Shown here piece by piece: positions 61,012 through 64,000 of a DNA stretch of 64,000 bases. The notes under the pieces are model-generated. The model saw nothing but the letters and a program-made list of their open reading frames with translations. It did no database searches and was not told where the DNA came from. This DNA comes from Octopus sinensis (taxonomy: Eukaryota): positions 52,266,001 through 52,330,000 of the forward strand of contig NC_043003.1 in NCBI RefSeq assembly GCF_006345805.1. The letters run 5' to 3'. The translations under genes and the position numbers were made by a program. The first letter of the stretch is position 1. The number at the start of each line of letters is the position of its first letter.

Positions 61012-64000
61012 GTTGGCATCCTTTTTGTCTCGGGAGACAATGGAGTTGCGCATAAAATAGTCTAGTCCGGCCTTTACATTTCATGTCCTGATACATTTCC
61101 TGATGTGGCTGTGTAGTCCTACCCTGGACAAACACTCCCTCTGGCAGGTACTGCAAATGTAGGGAAGACTGTTCCTGGCTGGTTGTAATGCCATAGTTTC
61201 TTGTTGACGTCTTTTCTTGTCTTTCCATTTCTCCTCTCTCTCACTCTAACTCCTTTGTATTCCCTCTTTTACGGCACGTCGCCAATCTCCACGGTTGCCG
61301 GCAACTGCTTCCCAACCGCTAATATTGATGTTGCAGGCCTTCAAGTCCCTTTTGCAAACATCCTTGTAACGTAAGAACGGTCTACCCACAGACCTAGTAC
61401 CCCTAGCAAGCTCTCCGTAGAGTATGTCCTTGGGGATTCTGCCATCTTTCATACGGCTAACATGCCCAATCCATCTAATACATCTTTGTGTGAGGAGTGC
61501 AAACATGCTTGGTATTCCTGCTTGCTTGAGGACATCTTTGTTGGGGATATGATTCTGCCATTTGATGCGGAGGATTTTCTGGAGGCAGCGCAGGTGAAAG
61601 ATGTTTAGGCGACGCTCTTGGCGTGTGTATAGCGTCCAAGTCTCACTTCCATACAGTAGTGTGCTAAGTACACATGTCTGGTAGATCTTCATTTTCGTGG
61701 TCTTGGTCAGCTTATTGTTGTCCCATGCCCGTTTGAAGAGTTGGGCCATCGCAACAGCTGCCTAGCCAATGCGTATATTGAGCTCAGCGTCAAGGGATAG
61801 GTTGTAGGTGACGGTAGAGCCAAGATAGGTAAACTTCTCCACCTCTTGTAATCTGTGGTCTCCAATATGTGTGTTTGGGATGTCCGATGTAGCCTGACCC
61901 ATGATGTTGGTCTTCTTAAGGCTGATAGCTAAGCCAAAGTCGTTACATGCTTGCTCAAAACAGTTAATGAGCCTTTGGAGGGCTTCTTCTGTGTGTGATA
62001 AGAGGGCGGCATCATCAGCAATTAGCATCTCTTTGATCAGGACGTTTCTGATTTTGGTCTTGGCACGCAGGCGCGAGAGATTGAACAGTTTCCCGTCACT
62101 TCTACTGTGCAGAAACACTCCATCATCTGATGTCTGAAAGGCATGTGAGAGTAAGAGCGAGAAGAAGATGCCAAATAATGTAGGAGCGAGGACACAACCT
62201 TGCTTTACCCCGTTTTTTATTTGGAAGGCGGCTGATGTTGAACCATTGTTCTGTATGGTGCCTTGCATATCATCATGGAAAGACTTGATGATCCTCAGCA
62301 GCTTTGGTGGACATCCGATTTTTTGGAGCAGGATGAAGAGGCCTGTTCTGCTTACCGAGTCAAAGGCCTTTGTTAGATCAATGAAGGCCATATATAATGG
62401 CATTTTCTGCTCTCTGGACTTCTCCTGAAGTTGGCGTATGGAGAATATCATATCAATAGTTGATCTGCTTCTTCTAAAGCCACACTGCGATTCCGGATAG
62501 ATTCGAGAAGCAAGTAGTTGTAGCCTGGCCAGGATAACGCGAGCAAAGGTCTTTCCAACAGTGCTTAGAAGAGATATTCCACGGTAATTGTTACAATCAC
62601 CACGGTCACCTTTGTTTTTGTAAAGCGTAATGATGTTAGCATCCCGCATATCCTCAGGGACTGTACCCTCTTCCCAGCACTGACACAGAAGCTCATGAAG
62701 GTGCCGAAGCAGGATGGTGTTTTTGCCGGCTTTGATGATCTCTGAGGGGATGCCGTCTTTTCCCGGAGCCTTGTTTCTTGCTAGGGAGTCAATAGCCTTG
62801 GTGAGCTCTGCTATAGATGGCGGACTGTCAAGTTCGCACATGACTGACAAGATCTTGACACTCTCGACTGCAGCCGCAGCCAGTGTAGTCTCCCGTGAGT
62901 AGAGATCCTGGTAGTGCTCCACCCATCTATCCATTTTCTTGCTTTGACCCCTGATGAGATCTCCAGTAGTTGATTTCAGAGGGGCTGACTTGGTTGCGGA
63001 TGGACCGAGGGCCTTCTTCAAACCGGCGTACATCCCACGGATGTCGCCCCGTCAGCAGCTGACTGGATACTCTGACAGATTTCCTGCCAATACCTATTTG
63101 CACAGCGTCTGGCTGTCAGTTGGGTTTTATTTCTTGCCTTTCTGAGTTCTTCGAGTGACTTTGTAGAAGAATCACTCTTGTATTGCATCAGAGCTGCACG
63201 CTTTGCTTCGATAACTGGCTCCAGCTCTGAGAGCCCAGCATTGAACCAATCTGGGTTTTGCCTTTCTCTCATGCCGAAAGTATCTATTGATGTCGTATGC
63301 AAAGCTTCCCTGATATAATTCCACCTACCTTCAGCAGAGGAGGTTGGGCAGCTACTGAGGGCAACCTTGATAGAAGCAGCAAAAAATTTTCGCAGTGTAG
63401 GGTTCGAGGTTCTGGCAGTGTTAATGCGTGGTCGGCCCACTTTCTTGGAGCGATGGACTTTTTTAGGCAGAATCCTCACCCTACTTCTAATTAGTGAGTG
63501 GTCTGTGTTACAATCCGCGCTGTGGTAACTGCGGGTCAATAGAAGAGAATTCAGAAAGGATCTCCGTGTAATGATGAGATCCAGCTGATGCCAGTGGTGA
63601 GATCTTGGATGTCTCCAAGATGCCTTGTGGGATGGCATGTTGGTAAAGAATGTGTTTGTGATGCACAAGTTATGGTATGTGCAGAATTCGAGTAGTCTCT
63701 GACCATTGTCATTCATGTTGCCAATACAAAAGTGTCCAACACAAATGGGCCACGAATCATGGTCAGATCCCACGCGAGCGTTAAAATCCCCTAGAAGGTA
63801 GATATTTTCAGTTGTTGGTATATTTTTTTATGACACAGTTGAGATCTTTGTAGAACTGGTCCTTGGTATCCTCTGAGCTGTAGAGAGTGGGAGCATAGAT
63901 GTTGAGTAGATGTACTGAGTCAGAAGAAGTCGAGAGGCGCAGTGAGAGGATACGCTCAGTGCCTCCTGATGGTGGTTCTATTGAGGAGAGTAATGAGTTT
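61012..64000 (-). mobile_element. Large RTE (BovB-like) LINE: APE endonuclease, RT and C-terminal zinc knuckle; disabled; runs off the window
   Basis: IYAPT..YLLGDFNARVG, SDHSL-like TDHSL, KAPGKDG, NYRGISLL, FIDLTKAFD, GVKQGC, IADD, CSTC..HSHIRKC* (stop at 61081); nonsense codons at 61762 and 61246; frameshifts near 63025 and 63830. Confidence 0.95.

Noticed and set aside
61246-63773. Three separate genes or an active LINE
   Set aside because: They are one ORF2 broken by nonsense codons and frameshifts.

Overview
AT-rich, microsatellite-dense eukaryotic DNA, very probably an octopod cephalopod (inferred from the SINE families and tandem fingers-only C2H2 genes). The only intact protein-coding genes I can support are two paralogous, minus-strand C2H2 zinc-finger genes: ZNF-A at 35224-37146 (640 aa, 22 finger units) and ZNF-B at 49462-51150 (562 aa, 19 units). 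They form a DNA-level tandem duplication. The copies share a candidate non-coding first exon/promoter, splice donor and acceptor, an old LINE relic in the putative 3' UTR, and an identical 36-nt poly(A)-signal block. The rest is layered mobile DNA: a large RTE LINE at 61-64 kb, many truncated RTE 3' ends, CR1 and Jockey/CR1-like relics, at least four SINE types, four mariner relics, Merlin and Helitron relics, and Tc2-, piggyBac-, hAT- and foldback-type MITEs. The most notable unexplained structures are a tandem pair of hammerhead-ribozyme-like motifs about 190 nt apart upstream of ZNF-A, a 5'-inverted RTE insertion with a perfect 14-bp TSD, apparent (TA)n targeting by an RTE family, and several near-perfect hairpins. 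All alignments were done by eye; repeat boundaries are approximate unless a TSD or TIR is quoted.
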